Position numbers and translations under genes: made by a program. From assembly GCA_965238175.1 (NCBI GenBank), contig CBDEGZ010000003.1:1696001-1760000 (forward strand): a stretch of 64,000 bases of DNA, read 5' to 3'. How positions within the stretch are numbered: position 1 is the first letter of the stretch; each line of letters starts with the position of its first letter. The DNA is from Gammaproteobacteria bacterium. GTDB lineage: Bacteria > Pseudomonadota > Gammaproteobacteria > CAJXQU01. The notes under the pieces are model-generated. The model searched no databases, was not told the origin of the DNA, and saw nothing but the letters and a program-made list of their open reading frames with translations. This document shows, one piece after another, positions 29,232-40,070 of the stretch.

Positions 29232-30521
29232 CTAGTCACCAGTATTTTGGATGGTAGATTGTAATTTGAGCTGATTCATTTTTACTGTTTTTACAGCTTG
29301 TTTTGAGGTTTGTAGAATCTCAATAGTGTAATTGCCAATACGTAGACTGGTACCTGTAGCGGGTATGTTTTCCAGCGTTTCAATAATCAAACCATTAAGT
29401 GTTTTGGGGCCGTCCAAACTTAAATCCCACTTCAGAGATTTGTTAATGTCCCGAATATTAGCACTTGCATCAATCATGTAGCTTCCATCATCTTGCTCAT
29501 GAATATCTTTGCTGTATCCAGGATCGGTAGTAAATTCCCCAACAATCTCTTCGAGGATATCTTCTAAAGTGACTAAGCCTTCTAAATCGCCATATTCATC
29601 AACAACAAGCCCTAAACGACACTTTTCGCGCTGAAAATTGCCGAGTTGGGTATGTAGTGGTGTACCGATGGGAACAAAGTAAGGGGCAAGGGCTGTATCT
29701 TGTATGACCTCTGCGGATAAGTTTTCTGAATCTTCGAGTAAATCGGGGATCTTACGAATGTGTATAATGCCGACAATCTGGTTTAGATTACCGAAATAAA
29801 TAGGAATACGGGTGTGGCGACAATTTCGTAATTGTTCTTCAAGTTCTGATACGTCGGTATCGAGATCAATGCCAGTCACTTCATTTCGAGGGATCATAAT
29901 GTCTTCAACGGTGACGTTTTCTAGATCAAGTATTCCAAACAACATTTGTTGATGGCGTTTGGGGATCATTGTTCCTGCTTCTTGTACAACAGTACGGAGT
30001 TCCTCACGGCTGAGAGCCATTTCACCACTATCAGTTTTGGGTGAAATGTGGAGTAATCCAAGCACACCATTTGCGATCAAATTAACCAACCAAACGAAAG
30101 GATACAAAATAACTAAAAGCGGTTTGAGGATGATCGAAACCGGAAAAGCAATAAGCTCTGGTTTTAGAGCAGCCATTGTTTTTGGAGTAACTTCCGCAAA
30201 GATCAAAACGATCAATGTTAATACTGCCGCTGCGATAGGAATGCCGACCTCTCCATATAGGCGAATTGCAATAATGGTTGCGATTGATGAAGCGAGAATA
30301 TTAACAAAGTTATTACCGAGCAAAATAAGGCCAATCAGTCGATCTGGTTTTTCGAGTAAAGAATTGGCCCGGATTGCACCTTTATGATTTTGTTCGCAAA
30401 GGTGTTTTAGCCGATAGCGATTCAAAGCCATCATGGCGGTTTCTGAGCTGGAGAAAAAAGCCGAAAGTAAGATGAGTAAAGCAAGGGCTATAAATAACAA
30501 CCCTATAGGAATATCGTCCAA
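29232..30521 (-). CDS. HlyC/CorC (CNNM/DUF21-CBS) family transporter, YfjD-like
   Basis: SAFFSSSETA, LLGNN.VN, FAEVTPK, VVDEYG...GLVTLEDILEEIVG. Confidence 0.92.
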   Translation of the reverse strand: MDDIPIGLLFIALALLILLSAFFSSSETAMMALNRYRLKHLCEQNHKGAIRANSLLEKPDRLIGLILLGNNFVNILASSIATIIAIRLYGEVGIPIAAAVLTLIVLIFAEVTPKTMAALKPELIAFPVSIILKPLLVILYPFVWLVNLIANGVLGLLHISPKTDSGEMALSREELRTVVQEAGTMIPKRHQQMLFGILDLENVTVEDIMIPRNEVTGIDLDTDVSELEEQLRNCRHTRIPIYFGNLNQIVGIIHIRKIPDLLEDSENLSAEVIQDTALAPYFVPIGTPLHTQLGNFQREKCRLGLVVDEYGDLEGLVTLEDILEEIVGEFTTDPGYSKDIHEQDDGSYMIDASANIRDINKSLKWDLSLDGPKTLNGLIIETLENIPATGTSLRIGNYTIEILQTSKQAVKTVKMNQLKLQSTIQNTGD

Positions 30522-30609
30522 TTATTATTGATCCTTGTGATTAATTAGAAGCTATTGTTGGGTGTGAATTACACCTAAGTCAAGTGACTTATGCACTCTA
30601 TATATTGTT

Positions 30610-31455
30610 TTATAATTTATGCAAAATTAGTTCCAATACGGCTTTGCTACCAAAGTAGGCGAGTATTAAGGCAATCATACCGGCAATGGTGAAGCGGATA
30701 GCCGTTCTACCTCGCCAACCGAAACGTGTTCTGCCCCAGAGTAAAATAGCAAAGGTAATCCAGGCACAGATCGACAGAACTGTTTTATGAATCAGGTGTT
30801 GGCCAAAAATATCTTCTACAAAAGGAAAGCCGGTGATAAATGAGATCGTTAGTAGTATGAAGCCCAGCCAAATGAATTGAAATAATAGCGATTCCATCGT
30901 TTGTAACGAAGGCAGAATACGCATGATGGGGATGGGGTGCCTATTCTTAAGGCGGGCATCAGCAACTGCCAACATTAATGCTTGTAATGCTGCAATACTC
31001 AACAGGCTATAGGCTAAGATCGAGAACAGAATATGTAACTGCAAACCTTTGGGTAATTCTGATGTGAATACATTTTGGGCAGGTAACAATTGATTCATAC
31101 CCAAGGAGATAGCTGCGATAGGAAAAAAGATGATCGCTAGACTCTCCATGGGTTGCTTAAGTGAGCCAATTAGTAATATTGCAGCTGTTAACCAAGCGAC
31201 AATGGATGACGCATTTGTAAAACTTAAGTTGATGCCTTTATCTGAGATCATCACATCGTGAAGTATAAAGGCATGCAAAATTAACCCAGCAAAGCCAAAT
31301 AACATCGCAACATTTCGATCACTCTTCTTGATAGTTATTTTACTAAACAACTTCCTGCCGATTAGTAGCGAAGAAGCCAGGTAAAATATGATCGCTGAAA
31401 AGGTCATTATTTGTATTCCTGTCATGTTAAAGATGATGACATAATCGAGAGACAA
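30610..31455 (-). CDS. Cytochrome c assembly family inner-membrane protein (YpjD-like)
   Basis: LPSLQTME, HKTVLS, GWRGR, LAYFGSK; adjacent to the yfjD-like gene; start uncertain. Confidence 0.85.
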   Translation of the reverse strand: MSLDYVIIFNMTGIQIMTFSAIIFYLASSLLIGRKLFSKITIKKSDRNVAMLFGFAGLILHAFILHDVMISDKGINLSFTNASSIVAWLTAAILLIGSLKQPMESLAIIFFPIAAISLGMNQLLPAQNVFTSELPKGLQLHILFSILAYSLLSIAALQALMLAVADARLKNRHPIPIMRILPSLQTMESLLFQFIWLGFILLTISFITGFPFVEDIFGQHLIHKTVLSICAWITFAILLWGRTRFGWRGRTAIRFTIAGMIALILAYFGSKAVLELILHKL

Positions 31456-31500
31456 TGAGAAACTGATTTTTCTTTTTGATTATAAGTATGGCTTAGTGTT

Positions 31501-31947
31501 TTGCCGACTATGAGAACTATTATTTCAGCTGTCATTTTATTCATTGTCTTATTGGTTTTAGCCGATTATCAAGGATGGTTGGGAGTGCGTAGTAGTACAG
31601 AACAGGATTATTTCGGTGTACGTTTTGCAGCAGAGGATGAGGAAAGCGGTAAGAAAATCATCGATTTTTTTATCAACTGTACACGTAAGGGGAGTCGCAA
31701 TGCGTGTTCTATTCAGCAAGGTCAAAACAAACCCACAAGAGAAGCTAAGTTTGGAGTTATAAAGTTGGTTAAAAAAACCTGGTTATTTAACAAAGGTGGA
31801 TCAGTAATCGGTGAAGATGAGGTGGATGTGCATTTGATGTTTATTCATCAGGATTATGATCGGCGAACCAATACCTATTCTATGAAGCAATTACTCTCCA
31901 TGCAGAGTGACGTTGTTACAGTGAAACTCACAAGGAGTTTAAAATGA
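31501..31947 (+). CDS. Hypothetical exported or membrane-anchored protein
   Basis: N-terminal TM; stop overlaps next ATG. Confidence 0.6.
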   Translation: MPTMRTIISAVILFIVLLVLADYQGWLGVRSSTEQDYFGVRFAAEDEESGKKIIDFFINCTRKGSRNACSIQQGQNKPTREAKFGVIKLVKKTWLFNKGGSVIGEDEVDVHLMFIHQDYDRRTNTYSMKQLLSMQSDVVTVKLTRSLK

Positions 31948-32573
31948 GTGATGCCCTAAATTATTTACTTGCGGCTCGTCCAGAAGCGATGAGTGCCTAC
32001 TTTAAATTTGTTAAACAGGCTGGAGAGCATTTAGATCCAAAAACACGTTCTCTAATCTCGGTGATAACAAAAGTTGCAGGTCAAACGGAAAAAGGTTTCC
32101 GGCAATATTTGACTCGAGCACTACGGGATGGTGCAACAGCAGATGAGATTTTAGATGCCTTATTAATGGCTTTTCCCATATTAGGATTAAGTAAAACCAT
32201 TTGGGCGATAGAGCAGCTTCAGGAAATGGATCTTCCAGAGTTTGATATTGAGGCGTTAGGCAACAAAGTGACGCCTAAGTGGCATGATGTTATTAAAATG
32301 ATTGAGATCCCAGAAGGTACAACACATCATTCTTGTGGTGATCGTGATTTATTTATTTATAAGGACAATGAGAAAATTAATGTCTATGATAGTCGCTGTC
32401 CTCATCAGGTTACAAACATTCCAGCAGAAGGAATCGATGGCAGAAAACTTGCTTGTCCTAAGCATGGGTGGTGTTTTGACTTAAGCAATGGCGAATGCAT
32501 AGAAAAGGGAAACCTTCCACTTAATAGTTTTGAGTGGCAGCAAGAAGATGAAATGTTACAAGTATGGTGGTAG
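31944..32573 (+). CDS. CMD/AhpD-like domain fused to a Rieske [2Fe-2S] ferredoxin
   Basis: LDPKTRSLI..GAT.DEI.DAL; CPH...CPKHGWCFD. Confidence 0.85.
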   Translation: MSDALNYLLAARPEAMSAYFKFVKQAGEHLDPKTRSLISVITKVAGQTEKGFRQYLTRALRDGATADEILDALLMAFPILGLSKTIWAIEQLQEMDLPEFDIEALGNKVTPKWHDVIKMIEIPEGTTHHSCGDRDLFIYKDNEKINVYDSRCPHQVTNIPAEGIDGRKLACPKHGWCFDLSNGECIEKGNLPLNSFEWQQEDEMLQVWW

Positions 32574-32785
32574 CTCATTAATCAGACGTCTCTAAATATT
32601 TGATGTACTGACAAGTATTCAAATAGGTTTTCATAAAAGGTCAGGTTTACCTTATAGGCAAACGATCCGGGTGCTATAAAGGTAAATGCTTTGATTTATA
32701 ATATGTTAATGCAAGATACTGCGATGGAGCAACTTAACGGGAATTCAACCATGTCACAGAATAATCAACGGCAATAAGAGGGTAC

Positions 32786-32812
32786 TAAAGTTTTTGATTG
32801 ACGAGTCGATGA
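32786..32812 (+). promoter_or_regulatory. Putative sigma28 (FliA) promoter
   Basis: TAAAGTTT-N11-GTCGATGA upstream of the flaG-like gene. Confidence 0.7.
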
Positions 32813-32873
32813 CTTGATCACTGCTAGTATTAAAATGGATTTAATACGAGTAAGAGAGGAGTATACTTTAGAC

Positions 32874-33239
32874 ATGGATGTCAAAAATAAATCAGAAATA
32901 GATGGTAACAATGCACATTTAAATGTAGTTTCATTTGATATTGATAGTATTACCGATAGTGAGCCACAGAAAGTTAAACTTAACAATGTAGTAAATAATT
33001 CTTCCGGAAATAATATTCCAGTTGATCTTGATCAGTTAATTATTGATAAAAATGGGTATGTACAGACAGTGAAAAGAGAATTACGCATCAGTGTTGATCA
33101 TAATAATGGTGATACGATCGTTTCAGTTATAGATGATCAAAACCCTCGTGTTGTCAGGCAAATACCACAGAACGAGATTTTTGCTGTAGAGCGTCTCATA
33201 ACTGCACCTGCAGGAATGTTATTTCGTGCGGAGACTTGA
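32874..33239 (+). CDS. flaG: FlaG-family flagellar protein
   Basis: RELRISVD...IVSVID....VVRQIP.NE..., GMLF; start 32874 or 32835. Confidence 0.75.
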   Translation: MDVKNKSEIDGNNAHLNVVSFDIDSITDSEPQKVKLNNVVNNSSGNNIPVDLDQLIIDKNGYVQTVKRELRISVDHNNGDTIVSVIDDQNPRVVRQIPQNEIFAVERLITAPAGMLFRAET

Positions 33240-33724
33240 GTTATAAAAATTTTGACTTAGGCAGAGCTTATTATAGTCGAGAATATGAATCGAAAGGTAC
33301 AACACGATATTATCAAGAAGACTAAAGGTATTAAATTACGCTAAAGAAAGTAGCAATATTGCAAAAACCTGACGTTATTTTGAAATTTGTTGAGAAACGT
33401 TTTATACATAGAAACAAGCATATAAAACGCACGAAGGAAAAGCATTAATTAACAATAAGCCCTGATCTTGAAATCATAAACTTTGATTGCCTAAAGCAAT
33501 CGCAATGTCAATACTTTCAGTTGAGCAGAAATTGGAATATGCCAAATTGATGATGAACGAAGGGTATAACAACCCAATTACTAAGGCTGATGCCTCTCGA
33601 TGATTTCAACACATAACAAGTAACTATGGTGTCAAATCCAAGTTAATTGGCAAAATCAGGGTTCCAAAACGCGCGCTGCTTAGAACACCTCCCTCAGGGT
33701 CAGATACTGTCTTAAAGATCAAGT

Positions 33725-34723
<999 letters not shown>

Positions 34724-34740
34724 TTATACTTGAGCTGGAT

Positions 34741-34812
34741 AAATAACGTCATCGCATTCTTGTACTATTCGTGCTATCGCAGTGAAGCCGATGCACAAGA
34801 TACTGTTCGCAT
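34741..34812 (-). ncRNA. Putative bridge RNA donor-binding loop (partial)
   Basis: Minus strand: ACAGTATCT, then hairpin GTGC-ATCG...CGAT-A-GCAC, then AGTACAAG; the left guide equals the element's own right end. Confidence 0.7.
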
Positions 34813-34961
34813 TTAAAGAAGTTATTAAAGAAGTTATTAAAGAAGTTATTAAAGAAGTTATTAAAGAAGTTATTAAAGAAGTTATTAAAGAAGTTATTAA
34901 AGAAGTTATTAAAGAAGTTATTAAAGAAGTTATTAAAGAAGTTATTAAAGAAGTTATTAAA
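34813..34961. repeat. Perfect 12-bp tandem repeat (TTAAAGAAGTTA)x12 plus TTAAA
   Basis: Directly counted; no spacers. Confidence 0.98.
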
Positions 34962-35024
34962 TGTAGAAATTCAGATTTGATCTGACAGTTACCCAATTAT
35001 CAGTAACCGACTGTCAGGTTAAGT

Positions 35025-36059
35025 TTAATTCACAAACTTTTCCTTCCAGATAGCTTGTCCGTCGATGAGTGTTTCCATCGGCGTCCTCCCGCAGCACATT
35101 TTGCCTTGGTGAGTTCGTTGAGTATTGTATTTGAGCAACCATTCGTCAAGGTCGAGTTGCAGTTCATCAATCGATTGGTAAATTTTCTTACGCAAAGCGA
35201 CTTGATAAAACTCATTGAGGATCGTCTTATGGAATCGCTCACAAATACCATTCGTCTGAGGTGATTTGACCTTGGTTTTGGTGTGTTCGATATTGTTCAA
35301 CGCCATATAAAGCTGATAATCATGCTGGTCAGCTCGCCCACAATACTCCGTCCCTCTATCTGTCAAAATGCGCAACATAGGCAAACGTTGTTCTTCGTAG
35401 AATGGGAGGACGCGGTCATTGAGCATGTCAGCTGCCGTAATCGGTGTTTTAGTCGGGTACAGTTTCGCGTGAGCGACCTTGCTGTAAGTATCAACAAACG
35501 TTTGTTGATAAACCCGACCAATGCCTTTGAAAGTACCGACATAGTAAGTATCTTGCGAGCCAAGATAACCAGGGTGTGCCGTCTCTATCTCGCCACAAGC
35601 CTCATCGTCGTCTTTTTTGCGTTCCATCGCCGCGACTTGAGACTCAGTGAGGATCAAGCCTTCACCAGCTACCTTATCAGACAATGCCTTCAGGCGATCT
35701 TTAAAGCAAGCAAGACCATGACGAAGCCAGATACAACGAACGCCACTGGGTGAGACAAATGTTCCCCGTTTGCGCAGCTCGTTACTGGTGCGCGTTTGAC
35801 CATGTGCGGGCTCTTCCAGTGCATACTCGAGCACAACGGTTTCAATAGCCGGGTCGATTCTGTTTTTAAGATTTGGGGTACGCCGATTACGATCAAACAA
35901 GGCTTCTACACCGCCTTCATCAGCCGCTTCTTTGTAGCGATAAAATGTATCTCTGGACAAACCCATCATCTTGCAGGCTTTTGAGACATTGCCGAGTTCT
36001 TCAGCGAGATTGAGTAGACCAACTTTATGTTTTATAACTTTGTCATTAGTATGAATCAT
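35025..36059 (-). CDS. IS481-family DDE transposase
   Basis: HTH (NVSKACKMMGLSRDTFYRYK), SQDT, LTDRGTEY, PQTNGICERF. Confidence 0.95.
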   Translation of the reverse strand: MIHTNDKVIKHKVGLLNLAEELGNVSKACKMMGLSRDTFYRYKEAADEGGVEALFDRNRRTPNLKNRIDPAIETVVLEYALEEPAHGQTRTSNELRKRGTFVSPSGVRCIWLRHGLACFKDRLKALSDKVAGEGLILTESQVAAMERKKDDDEACGEIETAHPGYLGSQDTYYVGTFKGIGRVYQQTFVDTYSKVAHAKLYPTKTPITAADMLNDRVLPFYEEQRLPMLRILTDRGTEYCGRADQHDYQLYMALNNIEHTKTKVKSPQTNGICERFHKTILNEFYQVALRKKIYQSIDELQLDLDEWLLKYNTQRTHQGKMCCGRTPMETLIDGQAIWKEKFVN

Positions 36060-36158
36060 GAGAGTTACCTCTTTGTGTTTTGATGTTTACGTTGCAGTTA
36101 CATCAAAGCGGGTAACTCTCACTAAATCAAGCGTCGCTACGCTCCGCTTGATTTAGTG
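36060..36158 (-). promoter_or_regulatory. Two leader hairpins of IS481, the first covering the RBS
   Basis: GAGAGTTACC...GGTAACTCTC and CACTAAATCAAGCG...CGCTTGATTTAGTG. Confidence 0.6.
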
Positions 36159-36182
36159 ATGTGTCAGATTGGGTCTAAACTT

Positions 36183-39100
36183 CTACAGATAAGGAGGGAT
36201 TTCAAGCGCCTCTTTTGCTTCAAGCATTTTGATAATTTCATGACGTCCTAATTTTCTTGCAATGCCAAGTGCTGTAAATGTAATTCCATCAGATTCAAAA
36301 ATATCGTTCATACTAACTTTTTTGTCTAATAAGCCCCTAACAACATTTTTCAAATTAAAGGTAACTGCGAACATTAAAATAGTTTGTCCGACTGTATTTT
36401 TACAATTGATGCCAACATTTTTTTCCACCAGCTTTAGTGCCACCGTTTCTTGATCATAACGGCAGGCATACATCAGTGTTGTTAAACCTTCCTTATCCTG
36501 AGCATTAAGGTTGGCTTCTTTTTCCACCAGCTTCAGCGCCACCGCTTTTTGATCACTAACGCAGGCCAACATCAATGATGTCCAGCCTTCCTTACTCTGC
36601 GCATTAAGGTTGGCTTCTTTTTCCACCAGCGTTAATGCCACCGTTTCTTGATCATAACCGCAGGCAAACATCAGTGCTGTCCAGCCATCCTTTTTCTGCG
36701 CATTAAGTTTGGCTTCTTTTTCCACCAGCCTCAGTGCTACCGTTTTTTGATCATAACGGCAGGCCAACATCAGTGCCGTCCAGCCATCCTTATCCTGTGC
36801 ACCAAGGTTGGCTTCTTTTTCCACCAGCTTCAGCGCTACCGTTTTTTGATCATAACGGCAGGCCAACATCAGTGCCGTCCAGCCATCCTTCTCCTGCGCA
36901 TCAAGGTTGGCTTCTTTTTCCACTAGCCTCAGTGCTACCGTTTCTTGAGCATGACGGCAGGCAAACATCAGTGCTGTCAAACCATCCTTATTCTGCGCAT
37001 CAAGTTTGGTTTCTTTTTCCACTAGTCTCAGTGCTACCGTTTCTTGATCATGACGGCAGGCAAACATCAGTGCTGTCCATTTATTATTATTTGAGACAGC
37101 ATGAAGATCAGCACCCAGATCTATTAAATAATTGGCTATTGTTGAATTCTTGGCCACTAGAGATAGCATTAGTGCTGTATAATCTCGGCCTTGAGCACTG
37201 TCCCACAGTTCCAACAGAGTAATTAATGATCTCAGAACGGCTTCCTTTTCTTTCCCCCGCAAACCAAAATACTGTATTGATAACCAAATATCTCGCGCTT
37301 CGATTTGCCCTTCTGGTGGGTGATATAAATCTTCTCCATCGAGCCTGTTCAAAAATTTATCTGCAAGCTCATTTTGTTCTTTGTTTTTTACTATCAGATA
37401 TAACTCAAAACAGGTAGTGGATGTGGCCCATTTGTATGCGCTACTTGTAGCAAACTTCTTCGGAGATAGAAACTGATTGAGTAGAGACCAATATTCCTTG
37501 ATGTCAGCATCTTCTTGATCATCATTGGAGAGATTACGGGCCAGACGGGTTGTGAAAGCGATAAACTGACTGTAACGCTTGTCTGTAAAATCGCTGGAGT
37601 TTGCTGCTATGAGCGCAGGCAACCTATCTTCAAAATCAGGAAGACCATTCTCAATTTCTTTCAGAAGTAATAAGAAGTGTGTTTCACCGAGAATGTCCGG
37701 TTCAAAGGCCTTAAGACTGTTTTTGTCATGGCCAGACACCACCGCATTACACAGGGACTTAAAATCTTTATACCCCTCTCTATCAATAACGCGTCTCTGT
37801 TTTTTGGGTACGGCCTCCCTGAGTGTTTTAAAATCAATGCCGCGCCGTGCAGTTGCGGCTGCGATGAAGCAGGCTGCCCACACGCCCCTGTCAGATCCTT
37901 TCATCAGCCATGTTAGCCGGGTCTTGCCTTGTAGATAGTGTTCTATCAAGGCGCGGCGGTTGAGCGTTAAATAAGCTTCTGAGTTTTCACCCTCTTTCCT
38001 ATCATGCCTTATTGCATCTCCAACCAACGCTGCAAAAAGGGGTTGCAGTGCACCTTTCGTTTCTTTGAGATAGTTAAGACCATTCTGTATAACTGGCTCG
38101 TCTATTTTTCCAAATGGATCATCGTCTTCCCTATAGGCGACAGCGCATATAATTTTTGCTAGAAATGTTGCGTCAGCTTCCTCTACCTGAAGTTTCAGGG
38201 GCGTATTTTTGAAGAAAATTCGCTCCTCCATGGAGGCAAAATCTTCAGCCTTTTTGCCTTCAAATCCCCAACGTGGATCTTTGAGAAGGTCGGCCATGCT
38301 ATCGGGTGTTGCATGGTCAAGCAGAAGCAGTCGAACCGGATAGTCAAAATTCGTATTCTCCGCTCTGGCAATAATGTCAGAAATGACCTTGTCATAGCCG
38401 TAGATATAATCAATCGAAATCAGTGTTGGACATTCCGGTGACCAGTTGGCCCAATTAATCGTTGTGTTTGAATTAATATCAATGGCGACCCAGTCATGAT
38501 AGATAGCACGGTTTGCCCAATGGGTTAGCAGGCGTGTTTTCCCTGCACCAGAAGGCCCAACCATGGCCCAGAGCTTAAAATCACCAGGATTATCCACATC
38601 ATAGTCGGCGAACGCATCTAGCTCTGTGATTTCGTCATCACGACCAACAAAGGGGATAAATGTTTCATTGCGAGGGCTGAGCCAATTGTCTTCTGAAGTG
38701 ACTGTTGTATATCGTTCGGTTTTAGTAGATAGTTTTTTAGGTTGAGGCTTCGTTGAACCGATATGAAATTGATTGTCGAGTGCCGGAGTTGCAACACCAT
38801 TTTCGAGAGGCTTTTCTACTATTTCTTCAGTGACATTCTGATCTTTCTTTACGTATTTTTTTAAATTCTTAATATACTTCTCAAGCGTTTCCCTTTCCTC
38901 AAACATACGTAGCGGTAAATGACGCTCGTAGCAAAACTCTAGAAATTGCAGCAAATAATGAGTAACGGAAATATTTTCTTGTACAGCTGCTAGAGCTTGA
39001 AAAATAAGTTTTGGAGAGTTGACTGATACAGATGTTGCCAGAGCAAAATCCTGTATGTACCTATATTTTTTAGGCTTGCGCCCTGGCTTCCCTAGTAGTT

Positions 39101-39410
39101 CAGATAATTTGGTTTCTAAATTACTTCTTGTTGGCATACCTGCGTTGCTATCCAATTCAGTACCGGGAGGCGCAATAAACGTAGCAAAATCTCGCAAATG
39201 AAACCCTTCGAACACTTTTACGATTTTGGTTTCTGATTTTTCAGGCATTTCGATGGTTACTTCTAGCTTCGCTAGAGTTAACCCCGCTGCCTCGACTGAC
39301 AATTCTTTGCAGTACTTCTCAATTATTAATTTTCGACCGCGATTATTCATCGCTTCAAATATTTCTTCCAGTAGTATTTCTGGAGCAGGTTTTAGGTGTG
39401 TTTCTAACAT
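36183..39410 (-). CDS. P-loop NTPase plus C-terminal ankyrin repeats (STAND/NLR-like architecture)
   Basis: FVGRDDEI, GPSGAGKT, LISIDY; about 9 ankyrin repeats (GWTALMxAC); stop codon lies in the IS481 TIR. Confidence 0.85.
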   Translation of the reverse strand: MLETHLKPAPEILLEEIFEAMNNRGRKLIIEKYCKELSVEAAGLTLAKLEVTIEMPEKSETKIVKVFEGFHLRDFATFIAPPGTELDSNAGMPTRSNLETKLSELLGKPGRKPKKYRYIQDFALATSVSVNSPKLIFQALAAVQENISVTHYLLQFLEFCYERHLPLRMFEERETLEKYIKNLKKYVKKDQNVTEEIVEKPLENGVATPALDNQFHIGSTKPQPKKLSTKTERYTTVTSEDNWLSPRNETFIPFVGRDDEITELDAFADYDVDNPGDFKLWAMVGPSGAGKTRLLTHWANRAIYHDWVAIDINSNTTINWANWSPECPTLISIDYIYGYDKVISDIIARAENTNFDYPVRLLLLDHATPDSMADLLKDPRWGFEGKKAEDFASMEERIFFKNTPLKLQVEEADATFLAKIICAVAYREDDDPFGKIDEPVIQNGLNYLKETKGALQPLFAALVGDAIRHDRKEGENSEAYLTLNRRALIEHYLQGKTRLTWLMKGSDRGVWAACFIAAATARRGIDFKTLREAVPKKQRRVIDREGYKDFKSLCNAVVSGHDKNSLKAFEPDILGETHFLLLLKEIENGLPDFEDRLPALIAANSSDFTDKRYSQFIAFTTRLARNLSNDDQEDADIKEYWSLLNQFLSPKKFATSSAYKWATSTTCFELYLIVKNKEQNELADKFLNRLDGEDLYHPPEGQIEARDIWLSIQYFGLRGKEKEAVLRSLITLLELWDSAQGRDYTALMLSLVAKNSTIANYLIDLGADLHAVSNNNKWTALMFACRHDQETVALRLVEKETKLDAQNKDGLTALMFACRHAQETVALRLVEKEANLDAQEKDGWTALMLACRYDQKTVALKLVEKEANLGAQDKDGWTALMLACRYDQKTVALRLVEKEAKLNAQKKDGWTALMFACGYDQETVALTLVEKEANLNAQSKEGWTSLMLACVSDQKAVALKLVEKEANLNAQDKEGLTTLMYACRYDQETVALKLVEKNVGINCKNTVGQTILMFAVTFNLKNVVRGLLDKKVSMNDIFESDGITFTALGIARKLGRHEIIKMLEAKEALEIPPYL
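36400..37090 (-). repeat. About seven near-identical 99-bp ankyrin-coding repeats
   Basis: CATCAGTGC motif recurs every 99 nt; boundaries approximate. Confidence 0.9.
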
Positions 39411-39566
39411 GCCTTATGAATATGAGAAATCTTTTACGTATGTAATTCTGGTGATAATAGCATGTCAAAGACACGATGCATTAGATAAGGAAGAATAGCA
39501 TTCTATGAAATCGCTATTGTCTCTGATAATTTTTAATTTCGGATAGTTGGGTAGACGTAGCTTTTA

Positions 39567-39824
39567 TCAGTAAGGTCCATTTAAGCGTTTGAACCTAGCC
39601 TCCAGTACCGCTTCTTGTTCTTGATATTTAGCAAGTAATTCCTCGGCAAATTCTTCACTATAATAATCAGCGACTGTGGACATTACCATATCATTGAAAA
39701 TCCCAGTCTTGGTTTTATCATCCATCACACTCATTAGTCGCTTGAACATTTCGGCATACGAATTTGGTACATCAGGAATTGTGATGTTTTTAGTAGTCTT
39801 GTAGGACTTTTCTTTTTTCGTCAT
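39567..39824 (-). CDS. Small protein, possible ribbon-helix-helix DNA binder
   Basis: NITIPDVPNSYAEMFKRL resembles an Arc/FitA-type strand-helix start. Confidence 0.5.
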   Translation of the reverse strand: MTKKEKSYKTTKNITIPDVPNSYAEMFKRLMSVMDDKTKTGIFNDMVMSTVADYYSEEFAEELLAKYQEQEAVLEARFKRLNGPY

Positions 39825-39930
39825 CCGTGACGCTCACTTTCATAAATCTTTATCTGACACTATTGCTGCTAAATATCCTTAGCAGTGTTGATATTTTTAT
39901 GTCAACAAAAAAATGGTTGTGTTTTCCGCT

Positions 39931-40070
39931 ATCCGAAAAAAATAGCCAATCCGAAAAAAATAGCCAATCCGAAAAATAAAAAGCCAATCCGAAAAATAAA
40001 AAGTCGATCCGAAAAATAAAAAGTCGATCCGAAACCTTTCCGAAAGCTAAGTAATGTCTTTCCGAAAAAC
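39931..40070. repeat. Iteron-like array of 18-20-bp ATCCGAAAAA-core repeats
   Basis: Units start at 39931, 39949, 39967, 39987, 40007 and 40027, plus two TCCGAAA remnants. Confidence 0.9.

Larger units (their letters stand above)
34962..36187 (-). mobile_element. IS481-family element
   Basis: Imperfect TIRs TGTAGAAATTCAGATTTGATCTGACA / TGTAGAAGTTTAGACCCAATCTGACA; no target duplication. Confidence 0.88.

Noticed and set aside
9272-30387. Many short antisense or alternate-frame ORFs inside rnr, ovoA, purL, ygiQ, the helicase, the MCP and the corC-like gene
   Set aside because: Shadows of well-supported genes, with no motifs of their own.
33240-33700. Possible gene or IS remnant between flaG and the IS110 end
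   Set aside because: No convincing ORF, motif or terminal repeat could be identified by eye.
34813-34961. CRISPR array, or real KEVI/LITS repeat proteins (ORFs 34724-34996 and 34782-34985)
   Set aside because: Units are contiguous with no spacers and no cas genes are present; the ORFs are by-products of a stop-free 12-bp repeat.
39931-40070. Mini-CRISPR
   Set aside because: Head-to-tail 18-20-bp units without unique spacers.
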